Shown here piece after piece: positions 1 to 8,618 of a stretch of 52,227 nucleotides of DNA (position 1 is the stretch's first letter; each line of letters opens with the position of its first letter). The DNA lies in the IMG/VR virus record IMGVR_UViG_3300044695_002763, positions 1 to 52,227 of that record. One strand, written 5' to 3'. This DNA comes from a virus (lineage: Duplodnaviria > Caudoviricetes). The notes beneath the pieces were generated by a model. It was not told where the DNA came from and made no database searches. It saw nothing but the letters and a program-made list of their open reading frames with translations. The position numbers and the translations under genes were made by a program.

Positions 1-26
1 TTTTTAACCCTTTAATACTTTTTAAA

Positions 27-701
27 ATGGCTTTAACAGCACCCGTAGGCGGAACGGCAAACCGCCAAATCGCACCCGAGGGTAGTTACCCTGCGCGCTG
101 CTATCAAATTATCGACCTCGGCACGACAGAACAAGGCGGTATTTATGCAGGCAAAAAACGCAAAGTTCAATTCTTATTCGAGCTACCAACCGAGAAAGCA
201 GTATTCGATGAAAGCAAAGGCGAACAGCCGTACTATGTTCGCAGCATTTACACGCTATCGATGAACGAAAAGGCTTTATTACGCCGCGATGTTTCGGCAT
301 GGCTCGGTAAAAAGTTAACCGATGCCGAAGCCTCAAAGCTCGATATTTTTAAAATGCTTGGTAAAACGTGCATGGTAAATATTGCGCACGTTACCAAAGG
401 CGATAACACGTATGCAAACATTATAAGTTTTGCGCCGCTTATGAAGGGCTACGAATGCCCAGCGCCGATTAACGAGGCGTTTACTTACACCCCGACCGCG
501 CACGACCAACAAGTATTCGCAAAGCTACCCGAGTTTTTACAGGATAAGATTAAGGAATCGGACGAATATAAGGCAATGACAACGGGAAGTTTTAAAAACG
601 ATTTTATACCTAAAACGCAGCCACCTCAGAACTTTGAGGAACTACCCGACATCGACGATATTTTCGGACAAAAAGCGGCTAACGATTTGCCGTGGGATTA
701 A
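27..701 (+). CDS. SSB-like / phage replication protein (resembles NGO0469 family)
   Basis: G.YPARC..IIDLGT, YTLSMNEKA.LR and YANI motifs; acidic DLPWD C-terminus typical of SSBs; conserved in unit B. Confidence 0.6.
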   Translation: MALTAPVGGTANRQIAPEGSYPARCYQIIDLGTTEQGGIYAGKKRKVQFLFELPTEKAVFDESKGEQPYYVRSIYTLSMNEKALLRRDVSAWLGKKLTDAEASKLDIFKMLGKTCMVNIAHVTKGDNTYANIISFAPLMKGYECPAPINEAFTYTPTAHDQQVFAKLPEFLQDKIKESDEYKAMTTGSFKNDFIPKTQPPQNFEELPDIDDIFGQKAANDLPWD

Positions 702-708
702 ATAATAA

Positions 709-729
709 AGGGCGGCAAAGCGCCGCCCT
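709..729 (+). repeat. GGGCGG..CCGCCC intergenic hairpin
   Basis: AGGGCGGC-aaagc-GCCGCCCT; related hairpins at 4608, 4798, 34190, 35248 and 39259. Confidence 0.7.
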
Positions 730-754
730 CTAACCTACAAATAAATAAACATAC

Positions 755-1426
755 ATGAACACGCTTGCAAAGGTACAAATACCAATCGAAAAAATATACC
801 ACGCGATAAATTCGCCTCAAACCTTAAACGCTCAATCGATAGTAGCACGCAACACGGGCGGCGGCGAAGCGCTCTCGGTTCAAAATGTTAGCGAATACAC
901 CGCAATGAACGCCGCTGTAAAAGACGTAAGCGATGCGGTTAAGGCAATCGAAGCCGCCCGTAAAGAGGTAACCACACCGCTCGAACATTTCAAAAAAGAA
1001 CTTATTAAACTCGAAAAGGATGCCACCGCGCCGCTACTCGATTTTATCGAAGATGCTAAAAAGCGCATGGTCGAATACCACGAACGGCTCGAAGCCGAAC
1101 AGGAAGCAGCCGAAGAGAAGCTAATAGCCGAAGCCGCGCAAAGCATGAAAGAAGCCGAAGCGGTTAGCGATGTAATCGCAGCGTTTACCGATAAACTTTA
1201 CGCCACAACAGTAGAAAATAACCAAACGAAAAACATACGCAGCACAATTAAGGCGCGTGTTAACGGCGAAGTTAACTGGGTGAAGGTGCTTTCGGTTCAA
1301 TTCGCATTTAACAACCTGAAGCCCGAAGATTTACTAAACGGCTTGCCCAAAGCAATGAAGGAGCTGGGCGTTGATAACATCGAAGGTATTGAGCTTTACG
1401 AACATAAAACGCAAGTAATCCGATGA
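755..1426 (+). CDS. Coiled-coil phage protein in recombination module, function unknown
   Basis: 223-aa helical ORF, conserved in unit B with mostly synonymous changes. Confidence 0.6.
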   Translation: MNTLAKVQIPIEKIYHAINSPQTLNAQSIVARNTGGGEALSVQNVSEYTAMNAAVKDVSDAVKAIEAARKEVTTPLEHFKKELIKLEKDATAPLLDFIEDAKKRMVEYHERLEAEQEAAEEKLIAEAAQSMKEAEAVSDVIAAFTDKLYATTVENNQTKNIRSTIKARVNGEVNWVKVLSVQFAFNNLKPEDLLNGLPKAMKELGVDNIEGIELYEHKTQVIR

Positions 1427-1818
1427 GAATAGACGATAACACAGCAATAGTCGAAGATAGCTTCGGGAATGGTATAATCGTACGCCGTGGGGGTAACACC
1501 CTACGGCTATCGATTCGGCTTGCAAGTCAAAAAAACGAGCGGCAAATTGGAACGATAGATATGCCAACGCGAACACTAACCATAACACGCAACCGAGCAA
1601 AGCACCTATTAAACAAGGGCAAGGCATACGGCTTAAATCATAAGTTAATCGCTGACGCTACGCGCTTCGATACGGTGCGCATCATTGACGATTACGCAAG
1701 CTGGAGCGTACCGCGTGAGTACATACTCGAAAACGGCAAATTTCTTTTATTTGCAAAGCAAGGCTTCGAGCTTCAAATATTTATTTCACTTGAACAAATC
1801 GAAAAATTTAAGCAATGA
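1423..1818 (+). CDS. Hypothetical protein (unit A-specific slot)
   Basis: ATGA overlaps at both ends; replaced by an unrelated gene in unit B. Confidence 0.6.
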   Translation: MRIDDNTAIVEDSFGNGIIVRRGGNTLRLSIRLASQKNERQIGTIDMPTRTLTITRNRAKHLLNKGKAYGLNHKLIADATRFDTVRIIDDYASWSVPREYILENGKFLLFAKQGFELQIFISLEQIEKFKQ

Positions 1819-2054
1819 AAAGGCAAACAGTAACCGATTATTTATACAATAAAGTGATGGACGTTTTTGTTAAATACCACGAAGAAGATGTACCAACTAT
1901 CGATTTCGGCGCAGTAATAACCGAGGCGTTTATAACAGCCAAAGCAATGGAAGAACGGCAAATTATCGACGCACACGATAGCGGCTACATTGACGGGCAA
2001 GGGCAAAAAAATATGTCAGCCGAACAATACTACAACGATACTTACGAAGTATGA
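1815..2054 (+). CDS. Small phage protein, KQTAV..AKAME..QIIDA type
   Basis: Motif shared with 36358-36570 and 36560-36769. Confidence 0.6.
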   Translation: MKRQTVTDYLYNKVMDVFVKYHEEDVPTIDFGAVITEAFITAKAMEERQIIDAHDSGYIDGQGQKNMSAEQYYNDTYEV

Positions 2055-2632
2055 CACGAGACGAATACATTAAACACCCAGCCACAAGCGCAAGCCGTAT
2101 AAAACGATTTTACACGGGCGATATAAGCTACGTTCAAAAGGCGCTAACCGAGGGCGCTGCGTTTCATTTCGATTTACTTGAGCAGCCCTATGAGCTTATG
2201 CCACCAAACACGCAAAACGTTTATAATGCGATTCACTCGGTCGAAATGTTAGGCGAACTATTTGATAAGTCAGAACACGAATACATTACCCTAAACACGG
2301 TAACCGTTGGCGGCATAACAGTCGAAGGTAAAGGCATGATGGATTTATGCTGGTTAGAGCGCGGTATTATTGCCGATGTTAAAACAACGAGCGCAAAGAA
2401 TATAAAAGCATTCGCCACTGATATGGTAGCACATTGCAATCATGTGCAAGCGGTTTGGTATTCGCTTTTGATGGGCTTTGACCCTCGGCAGTTTTACTAT
2501 ATCGGAGTGCCGCCAAAGGTTAAAAAGTCGGGTAAGTTTACCGACCTCTATTTGTACCGTCATAACGAAGAAGAAATTGCAAGCGCAACGGATTTAATAA
2601 TTAACTACCTGAACCATGAAGGAACGCGTTAA
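2051..2632 (+). CDS. PD-(D/E)XK exonuclease, RecE/DUF3799-like
   Basis: SASRIK, KG.MD, IADVKTT and HVQA.WY motifs. Confidence 0.7.
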   Translation: MTRDEYIKHPATSASRIKRFYTGDISYVQKALTEGAAFHFDLLEQPYELMPPNTQNVYNAIHSVEMLGELFDKSEHEYITLNTVTVGGITVEGKGMMDLCWLERGIIADVKTTSAKNIKAFATDMVAHCNHVQAVWYSLLMGFDPRQFYYIGVPPKVKKSGKFTDLYLYRHNEEEIASATDLIINYLNHEGTR

Positions 2633-2867
2633 ACAAACGAAATTCGATTACCTAAAGCTAATTAGTCAACTCGATAGGCTGATTAAATGGATGCCTGAAA
2701 CGGGTGTCGGGTATCAAAAAAAGTTAACCAAGTGCGCGGAATTTTGGTGGCTGCATAAGGGAACGATACCAGCGAGTACAATAGCAATACTTTTAAAAGT
2801 TGAACGAACCGATTTAATAAACTTACTCAATGCGCAAATCATCGAAAGAGGCACTTACATACGCTAA
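2616..2867 (+). CDS. Hypothetical protein
   Basis: ORF conserved in unit B (37331-37582). Confidence 0.55.
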   Translation: MKERVKQTKFDYLKLISQLDRLIKWMPETGVGYQKKLTKCAEFWWLHKGTIPASTIAILLKVERTDLINLLNAQIIERGTYIR

Positions 2868-3093
2868 CGACCTCGGCGACCTAACAGAGTTTATCGGACA
2901 CACTTACAAAAACGTAGCCGCTTATCTTTTATCATGCGGCTTCGAATACCTCGAGTGCTGTTTTAAGTATCGTAAGGTGTTTAACGACCACGAAAACAAT
3001 CGAAGTATATTAATAGACCTATACGACGAAACAACCGAGCTTAAGGGGCGCGTTGAATACATGATAGTTTGTAATAGTATTTACAAACGATGA
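2830..3093 (+). CDS. Hypothetical protein
   Basis: Identical protein in unit B despite synonymous changes. Confidence 0.6.
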   Translation: MRKSSKEALTYANDLGDLTEFIGHTYKNVAAYLLSCGFEYLECCFKYRKVFNDHENNRSILIDLYDETTELKGRVEYMIVCNSIYKR

Positions 3094-3482
3094 AACGCCG
3101 CCCGCCACGCGAAAGCGATATTTATACTGCCATTGCCCGTTACATGAGCTTAAAGCACCCCGAAATACTTTTTAGGTTTGACTTTAGCGCAGGAACTAAA
3201 ATGAGCATGGGGCAAGCAAGGGTTCACAAAAGCATGAACCCGCATCGAGGCTACCCCGATTTATTTATCGCCGCCCCGCGTGGAAAGTTTAGCGGTTTAT
3301 TCATTGAAATCAAAAAAGGCGATTTTAACCCGTTTAAGCGCGATGGAACGCTAAAGCAAGACGAACACCTTACCGAGCAATTTAAAGTCCTTACGCGGCT
3401 TAAAAAGGCAGGTTTCGAGGCATTGTTTTGCTCGGGGTTAGGTGAGTGTATAGAAACGATTGAAAAGTATTTGAATCAATAA
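3090..3482 (+). CDS. VRR-NUC domain nuclease (putative Holliday junction resolvase)
   Basis: GYPDLFI...GLFIEIK...EQ motif. Confidence 0.75.
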   Translation: MKRRPPRESDIYTAIARYMSLKHPEILFRFDFSAGTKMSMGQARVHKSMNPHRGYPDLFIAAPRGKFSGLFIEIKKGDFNPFKRDGTLKQDEHLTEQFKVLTRLKKAGFEALFCSGLGECIETIEKYLNQ

Positions 3483-3488
3483 ATTTTG

Positions 3489-3496
3489 TATATTTG
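3489..3496 (+). promoter_or_regulatory. Bacteroidota -7 promoter element upstream of rep leader RNA
   Basis: TATATTTG (TAnnTTTG); TAAATTTG at the equivalent site in B (38204-38211). Confidence 0.6.
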
Positions 3497-3497
3497 A

Positions 3498-3615
3498 ATG
3501 TTCAGAGGTCGAAGCCTGAATGTAGTTTCAAAAATCTTGAAGCCCTTTGATGGCTGCGAGGCAAGGTTTAACAACCGAGCCGCTTCGACCGCAGCCGCCA
3601 AAGGGCGTTTTTTTT
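3498..3615 (+). ncRNA. Structured leader RNA (hairpin + 9-bp pseudoknot + terminator-like stem) upstream of rep
   Basis: Loop GGTCGAAGC (3507-3515) is complementary to GCTTCGACC (3582-3590); compensatory changes in the unit B copy. Confidence 0.75.
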
Positions 3616-4302
3616 ATGAAAAAATCATTTGTACTATACTGCGACACTTTTGATACGCTCCAGCATTTAAGCGATGAGCAACTGGGTAAGCTAACCCGAA
3701 TGATATTTGAATATCAAATAAGCGGCATAACACCCGAAACAAATAACCCGTTATTTATTGCCTTTGGCTTTATTAAATCGAGCTTAGATAGGGATTGTGT
3801 AAAGTATGAAGAAAGAGCCGAAAGGTCGCGTGAGAACGGCGTTAAAGGTGGTCGACCAAAGAAGAACCAAGCAGGTAAAAAAGAAACCCAAAAAACCCAA
3901 CGGGTTATTTCAGAACCCAAAAAACCTGATAGTGATAGTGTAAGTGATAGTGTAAGTGATAGTGTAAATGAAAATGTTAAAAAAGAAAATAGGGTTTTTA
4001 AATCAGTTATTGAAATAAGGGGTATGACATTTTTTGAAAAAAGCGAAAAAGTAAACGAAGCCTTTAAAGATTTTTTGATTAATCGAATAACGAACAAAGA
4101 TTATCCGACTACTTTAGGTATTAAATCTTTGATGAAAAAAATGCCTCAAATTTATAAAACAGAACAGGAGGCACTCGATGGAATCGCACGAAGCATTGAG
4201 GGTAACTATAAAGGCTTATTCGAACCAAATAAAAACAACAATCCTAAACAACCTAAAACCTCAACAGTAACACGCGCCTCGATGGGGCTAAAGATGCAGT
4301 AA
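3616..4302 (+). CDS. Phage replication initiator (DUF6291-like N-terminus)
   Basis: KSFVLY.D...LSDEQLG.L...IFEYQ and NG.KGGRP motifs, low-complexity linker, upstream of DnaB. Likely start is ATG 3616, not 3547. Confidence 0.7.
   Translation: MKKSFVLYCDTFDTLQHLSDEQLGKLTRMIFEYQISGITPETNNPLFIAFGFIKSSLDRDCVKYEERAERSRENGVKGGRPKKNQAGKKETQKTQRVISEPKKPDSDSVSDSVSDSVNENVKKENRVFKSVIEIRGMTFFEKSEKVNEAFKDFLINRITNKDYPTTLGIKSLMKKMPQIYKTEQEALDGIARSIEGNYKGLFEPNKNNNPKQPKTSTVTRASMGLKMQ
3885..3967 (+). repeat. Repeats inside rep (candidate origin iterons)
   Basis: AACCCAAAAAACC at 3885-3897 and 3914-3926; GTGATAGTGTAA x3 at 3932-3967. Confidence 0.55.
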
Positions 4303-4334
4303 GAAAAAATATTTTTAAAATAATTTAGAAAAAG

Positions 4335-4365
4335 TTTGCAGAATCAAAAAAGAGTTGTATGTTTG
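4335..4365 (+). promoter_or_regulatory. Bacteroidota sigma-70-type promoter (early)
   Basis: TTTG-N19-TATGTTTG. Confidence 0.75.
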
Positions 4366-4393
4366 CTGCATCAAACTCTTAAACACTTACACA

Positions 4394-4600
4394 ATGACAA
4401 CTTCAATTTTAACTACAAAACTTCGAAACGGTGTAACAGTATTAGCAAAAGCTGATAGGTATGGCATAAACGCCGTAGGTTACTCAAACCTAACACAAGC
4501 TAACGCACGCCAAATTAAACTTTCTTTAGAGGGTATTGATTGCTCGGTATATCGCACACCATGTAATATGTCGGTAACATACATTAAAATAAATAACTAA
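4394..4600 (+). CDS. Small early hypothetical protein
   Basis: Start reassigned to ATG 4394, downstream of the promoter; identical in B. Confidence 0.6.
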   Translation: MTTSILTTKLRNGVTVLAKADRYGINAVGYSNLTQANARQIKLSLEGIDCSVYRTPCNMSVTYIKINN

Positions 4601-4607
4601 TCAAAAC

Positions 4608-4633
4608 GGGCGGTTAACAGCCGCCCAACTTTT
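4608..4633 (+). repeat. GGGCGGTTAACAGCCGCCC hairpin repeat
   Basis: Near-identical direct copy at 4798-4822. Confidence 0.7.
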
Positions 4634-4654
4634 AAACCTTTAAACACTCAAAAT

Positions 4655-4798
4655 ATGCTTTACGTTAGAACACCATTACACGGAAATGAATACAAGGTAT
4701 GCGACGAAATTACCGACGAAGTAGTCGCAGTATTCTTTAACCAACAAGACGCTATCGATTACGTCAACTGGAAAACAAATAGGCAAGAAATATTTTAG
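4655..4798 (+). CDS. 47-aa hypothetical protein (not in ORF track)
   Basis: MLYVRTPLHGNEYKVCDEITDEVVAVFFNQQDAIDYVNWKTNRQEIF; A-rich initiation region; flanked by hairpin repeats. Confidence 0.6.
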   Translation: MLYVRTPLHGNEYKVCDEITDEVVAVFFNQQDAIDYVNWKTNRQEIF

Positions 4799-4827
4799 GC
4801 GGTTAACAGCCTCCCAACTTTTACCGC

Positions 4828-6213
4828 ATGAAACCACTACCAAAAATCGAGCAGGCTTTAATATTCCTTTGCCTAAACGCGGACGAAAATTATAAAGAGA
4901 TAATGCCGCAATTAGGCGAACATCTGTTTCAAGATGCCACCGCGCTAAGTTGTTTCAAGCTCATTAAGTCAATTATAAAAGACGAAAAGAAACCGACGCT
5001 CCTAACCATTGCTCAATACAACAAAACCGAAAAAAGCCTAACGCCTCAAAACATTTCGCAGCTTGCAAGCTGGGGCAATGAGTTATCGTACAACGAACCC
5101 GTTAACGATTACATCGCAATATTAAAAGACGAACACATTAAACGCTCCGTTAGCTCAATACTAACCGAGCAAGCGTTAGGTATTGGAACGATGCGCAGCG
5201 GCGTTGAAACAGCAACCGAAATAATTAAACGCCTTAACTCTTTAATTGAAGAGGGTAGCCCGACCGATAATATCATAAACATGGCTCAACTATCCGACGA
5301 AGAAAGGCAAGCATATTACCGCCGAGCCGCTTTGTATCAGTCAGGGCAAACGAGCGGCTTAAACACAGGCTTAACCGCCTTAAATCGTTTTACGGGTGGC
5401 TTTCATCCCGAGCTAATAATCTTAGCTGGTCGCCCGTCGATGGGTAAAACAGCCCTCGCACTATTTCACGCGGTGCAGTTTGGCGAGGCGGGCGTTTATT
5501 TCAACCTCGAAATGAATCGTAGCCAGTTAGCGCAGCGCCTTATATTGCAGCACGGCGAAAGCCTCATTAATAGCGCACGCCTGCGCGATGGTAACCTAAC
5601 GCAACCCGAGTTGCACGCGTTTGAGCAATCGATAGGCAAAACAGAACAGCTCCCTATTTTGATTTATGACAAAGCGCGTTGCGGTGTTCATGAAACGGTA
5701 AGGATATTGCGACGTGAGGTGCGTAAAAATCGTTGTAAGTGGGCTATAATTGATTATTTGCAGTTAATGACTATTGAGGGCTTTAAAGGCGGTAATCGCG
5801 AAGCTGAGGTAGCTGAGATAAGCCGAACGCTAAAAGCCGCGCAAAAGGAGCTTAACATACCGATTATCGCACTTGCTCAATTGAGTAGGCAAGTTGAACA
5901 ACGAGCCGATAAACGACCGATACTTTCAGACCTTCGCGAGTCGGGTAGCATCGAACAGGATGCCGATACCGTGATGTTTGTTTGGCGACCTTCATATTAC
6001 GCGCTTAATGAGGATAACGGAACGCCCTATACGAACGATGTATTTTACTTATTCGAAAAGCATAGGCAAGGCTCAACGGGTGAAGTACGTTTTAAGCATA
6101 ATGAAACGCTAACGCATTTTAGCGATAACGGCGGCAATACTGGCAGCACCTTTTTACCAGTTAAGGAAACCTCAATACTACCTAACGAAACATTTGATTT
6201 TACGCCGTTTTAA
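4828..6213 (+). CDS. dnaB: Replicative DNA helicase, DnaB family
   Basis: GRPSMGKT Walker A, IIDYLQL, AQLSR, SDLRESGSIEQDAD. Confidence 0.95.
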   Translation: MKPLPKIEQALIFLCLNADENYKEIMPQLGEHLFQDATALSCFKLIKSIIKDEKKPTLLTIAQYNKTEKSLTPQNISQLASWGNELSYNEPVNDYIAILKDEHIKRSVSSILTEQALGIGTMRSGVETATEIIKRLNSLIEEGSPTDNIINMAQLSDEERQAYYRRAALYQSGQTSGLNTGLTALNRFTGGFHPELIILAGRPSMGKTALALFHAVQFGEAGVYFNLEMNRSQLAQRLILQHGESLINSARLRDGNLTQPELHAFEQSIGKTEQLPILIYDKARCGVHETVRILRREVRKNRCKWAIIDYLQLMTIEGFKGGNREAEVAEISRTLKAAQKELNIPIIALAQLSRQVEQRADKRPILSDLRESGSIEQDADTVMFVWRPSYYALNEDNGTPYTNDVFYLFEKHRQGSTGEVRFKHNETLTHFSDNGGNTGSTFLPVKETSILPNETFDFTPF

Positions 6214-6452
6214 TGACCACCGAAGAACGCATAATCGATTACATGACAAACTATGAACCCGAGCAAGGCGAATTTAAAGAAGGCGTTACGCATTACACCG
6301 ACACCCTTAAAACACATCGAAGCTATGCAGCGCAATTAATCAGCGCGCCGCGCACCTCGATAGCCTACCGATTGTATTTAAAACGCTCGCTCGATTGGTT
6401 AAAGCTCCTAAAAAAACACGGTATTAATTTGCAAAACATAATCAAAAAATGA
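6213..6452 (+). CDS. Hypothetical protein
   Basis: Conserved in B (41771-42010). Confidence 0.6.
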   Translation: MTTEERIIDYMTNYEPEQGEFKEGVTHYTDTLKTHRSYAAQLISAPRTSIAYRLYLKRSLDWLKLLKKHGINLQNIIKK

Positions 6453-6466
6453 CTATATTTGCAGCA

Positions 6467-6676
6467 ATGGAAGCAACACCGAAACCGATTTCGAAGCGTG
6501 GTGGTCGCCGTGAGGGTGCTGGGAGGTCTAAGCAATACGGCGAACAAACCGCTACGTTATGCTTTCGCGTACCGCAAACGCACCGCGAAAAAATTACGGC
6601 AATGGTTCGCGCATACCTCGAAGGATTAAAGCTCGAATACAAATCAAAGAAACACGACCCCGAGTATGGATGCTAA
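6467..6676 (+). CDS. Small DNA-binding protein (RGGxRxGAGR motif, possible RHH)
   Basis: KRGGRREGAGR followed by a beta-alpha segment; TATATTTG at 6454-6461. Confidence 0.55.
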   Translation: MEATPKPISKRGGRREGAGRSKQYGEQTATLCFRVPQTHREKITAMVRAYLEGLKLEYKSKKHDPEYGC

Positions 6677-7049
6677 ATTGTTAATCATACCGTGTGCGAT
6701 TGAATCGGTAGCCACGCGCCGCGATAAAACGATTAAGGTAACAATCGGAACGCAGGAACTAACGCCCGAACAAACCAGCGCGTTATTTAGTCAATGGATG
6801 GGCGGCGTAGGTGTTATGGCATTTAAGGGCGAACAATTCAATTACAACGACGAACAGCTTTTAAATAACCTTAAACTCGATGCCGCCGAACTCGGAAGCA
6901 AAACACCGAGCCAGCGGTTACGCGCAACGCTTTACGTTCTGTTTGAACACGCGTCCGAAGGTCATAAGGATTTTAACGGCTTTTATGCGGCAATGATGGA
7001 GCGATTTATTGAAATGGTTAAAAAACGAATCGATACTTATAATTTGTAA
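6666..7049 (+). CDS. Conserved phage hypothetical protein
   Basis: KTPSQRLR..LY motif; conserved in B. Confidence 0.6.
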   Translation: MDAKLLIIPCAIESVATRRDKTIKVTIGTQELTPEQTSALFSQWMGGVGVMAFKGEQFNYNDEQLLNNLKLDAAELGSKTPSQRLRATLYVLFEHASEGHKDFNGFYAAMMERFIEMVKKRIDTYNL

Positions 7050-7061
7050 TTTTGTAATACT

Positions 7062-7205
7062 ATGCCACTATTTCAAGGAGATACGCAAACGATTATAAGC
7101 ATGAACATTCGCAAGTTAGTTAGCGAAGGTTATTCAAACGAGCAAGCCGCCGCGATAGCATACGCTGAAGCCGAGAAATACCGCAAAGCAAGAAACAAGA
7201 AATGA
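7062..7205 (+). CDS. 47-aa basic phage protein (MPL..G...IS.NIR.L..EG...QA.AIA type; not in ORF track)
   Basis: Frame conserved in B (42620-42763); ATGA overlap with the ParB-like gene. Confidence 0.65.
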   Translation: MPLFQGDTQTIISMNIRKLVSEGYSNEQAAAIAYAEAEKYRKARNKK

Positions 7206-7783
7206 GCGTACAACTAATAAACATATCCGAGCTAACGGTTAACCCGAATAACCCACGCATTATTAAGGACGAAAAATTCGATAAGCTGGTGCAATCGATT
7301 AAGGAGTTTCCCGATATGCTAAAATATCGTCCGATAGTTGTGGACGAGAACAACGTTATATTAGGCGGTAATATGCGTTTTAAGGCGTGCAAAGCTGCCA
7401 AGCTAAAGCAAGTGCCAGTTATGAAGGCAAGCGAGCTTACAGAGGCTCAAAAGCGCGAATTTATAATTAAGGATAACGTAAGCGGCGGCGAGTGGGATTG
7501 GGCGGTGCTTCAAAACGAATGGGACACCGAACAGCTCGATGCGTGGGGGGTGGATATACCCGACTTCGAAGATAACATGACAAACAACGAAGATTATGAA
7601 GGGTTAGACCAATTATCTAAATTAGATAAGTTTATGAATGCAGAATTAAAAAGAATGTTTTTGGTTTATGAAAACCAAACATTTGAAAAGGTTGTAAGGT
7701 GGTTTGAAGAAAAACAAACAAAATACAACTGCGAAGACAACAGCACGTTAATTTTAAAACTAATGGAAAATGAAAACATTTGA
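7202..7783 (+). CDS. ParB/Srx-like N-terminal domain protein
   Basis: NPNNPR.I, L..SI..F, RPIVVDEN..ILGGN.R motifs. Confidence 0.8.
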   Translation: MSVQLINISELTVNPNNPRIIKDEKFDKLVQSIKEFPDMLKYRPIVVDENNVILGGNMRFKACKAAKLKQVPVMKASELTEAQKREFIIKDNVSGGEWDWAVLQNEWDTEQLDAWGVDIPDFEDNMTNNEDYEGLDQLSKLDKFMNAELKRMFLVYENQTFEKVVRWFEEKQTKYNCEDNSTLILKLMENENI

Positions 7784-8600
7784 GCTTACTAAAATACGTG
7801 ATTGTAGCGAACTAATAAAACAAACGCCATCAAAAATCGGTTACAATACTTTAATTGATAGCGATACTATATTTACAAAAAACGGCAAAAACGTAGGGGT
7901 ATATATAAAAATAAAACACGAATTGATTAACGAAATAAGGAAGGCGGCTTTGGAAACAAAATATGTTAAAACATATAGAACTCGAAGGGCTTTACCTACT
8001 CAATCAAGTGTTTTTGGTTCGCTTCCAAGAATTCCATTAAGAAATGATTATTGTAGGTTTTCTTCACAAACAAAAAACGAAAAGAAAAATACTCAACGTT
8101 TATTTACATTTATGGAAGTGTTAACAGGCATATATAAAAAATACTTGCCCGAACAGTATAACCATGATTTAAAAGTAATAAGCGAAAATGTTAACCAAGA
8201 TTACCTATTAAAAGAAAACCAACCTTTTGCAACCGCAAACATTAATGTAAACCACGCTATAAAGTACCACAAAGATACGGGCAATTTTAGGGGAAACTTA
8301 TCAAATGTATTAATTTTAAAAAGTGGTATTAGCGGCGGGGAACTTGTTTTCCCTGAGTACGGTTTCGCGCTTGAACAAAGCGACAGCTATCTATCAATTT
8401 TTGACGGGCAAAACGAAATACACGGAGTAATGCCAATTGCCAAAACGGGCGAAAACCCATACCGCGCATCAATAGTGTATTACACTTTAGAAAACATGAA
8501 GCATTGTTACCCTTTTAAAATGGAAGTCGAAAGGCTGCAAAAAGTAGCCACTAAAAGAGCTGCAAATAGGGCAAGCAACAAAGACCCAAGGTCAAAATAA
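7770..8600 (+). CDS. 2OG-Fe(II) dioxygenase, TET/JBP-like
   Basis: HKD (HxD), GGELVFPEY, distal H in EIHGVMPI, R in YRASIVYY. Confidence 0.7.
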   Translation: MKTFELTKIRDCSELIKQTPSKIGYNTLIDSDTIFTKNGKNVGVYIKIKHELINEIRKAALETKYVKTYRTRRALPTQSSVFGSLPRIPLRNDYCRFSSQTKNEKKNTQRLFTFMEVLTGIYKKYLPEQYNHDLKVISENVNQDYLLKENQPFATANINVNHAIKYHKDTGNFRGNLSNVLILKSGISGGELVFPEYGFALEQSDSYLSIFDGQNEIHGVMPIAKTGENPYRASIVYYTLENMKHCYPFKMEVERLQKVATKRAANRASNKDPRSK

Positions 8601-8618
8601 TACAGCGAAAAAACAGCG

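Noticed and set aside
3547-3615. N-terminal extensions of rep (3547 and 38262 starts)
   Set aside because: Not conserved at protein level between units; the region is conserved as RNA structure instead.
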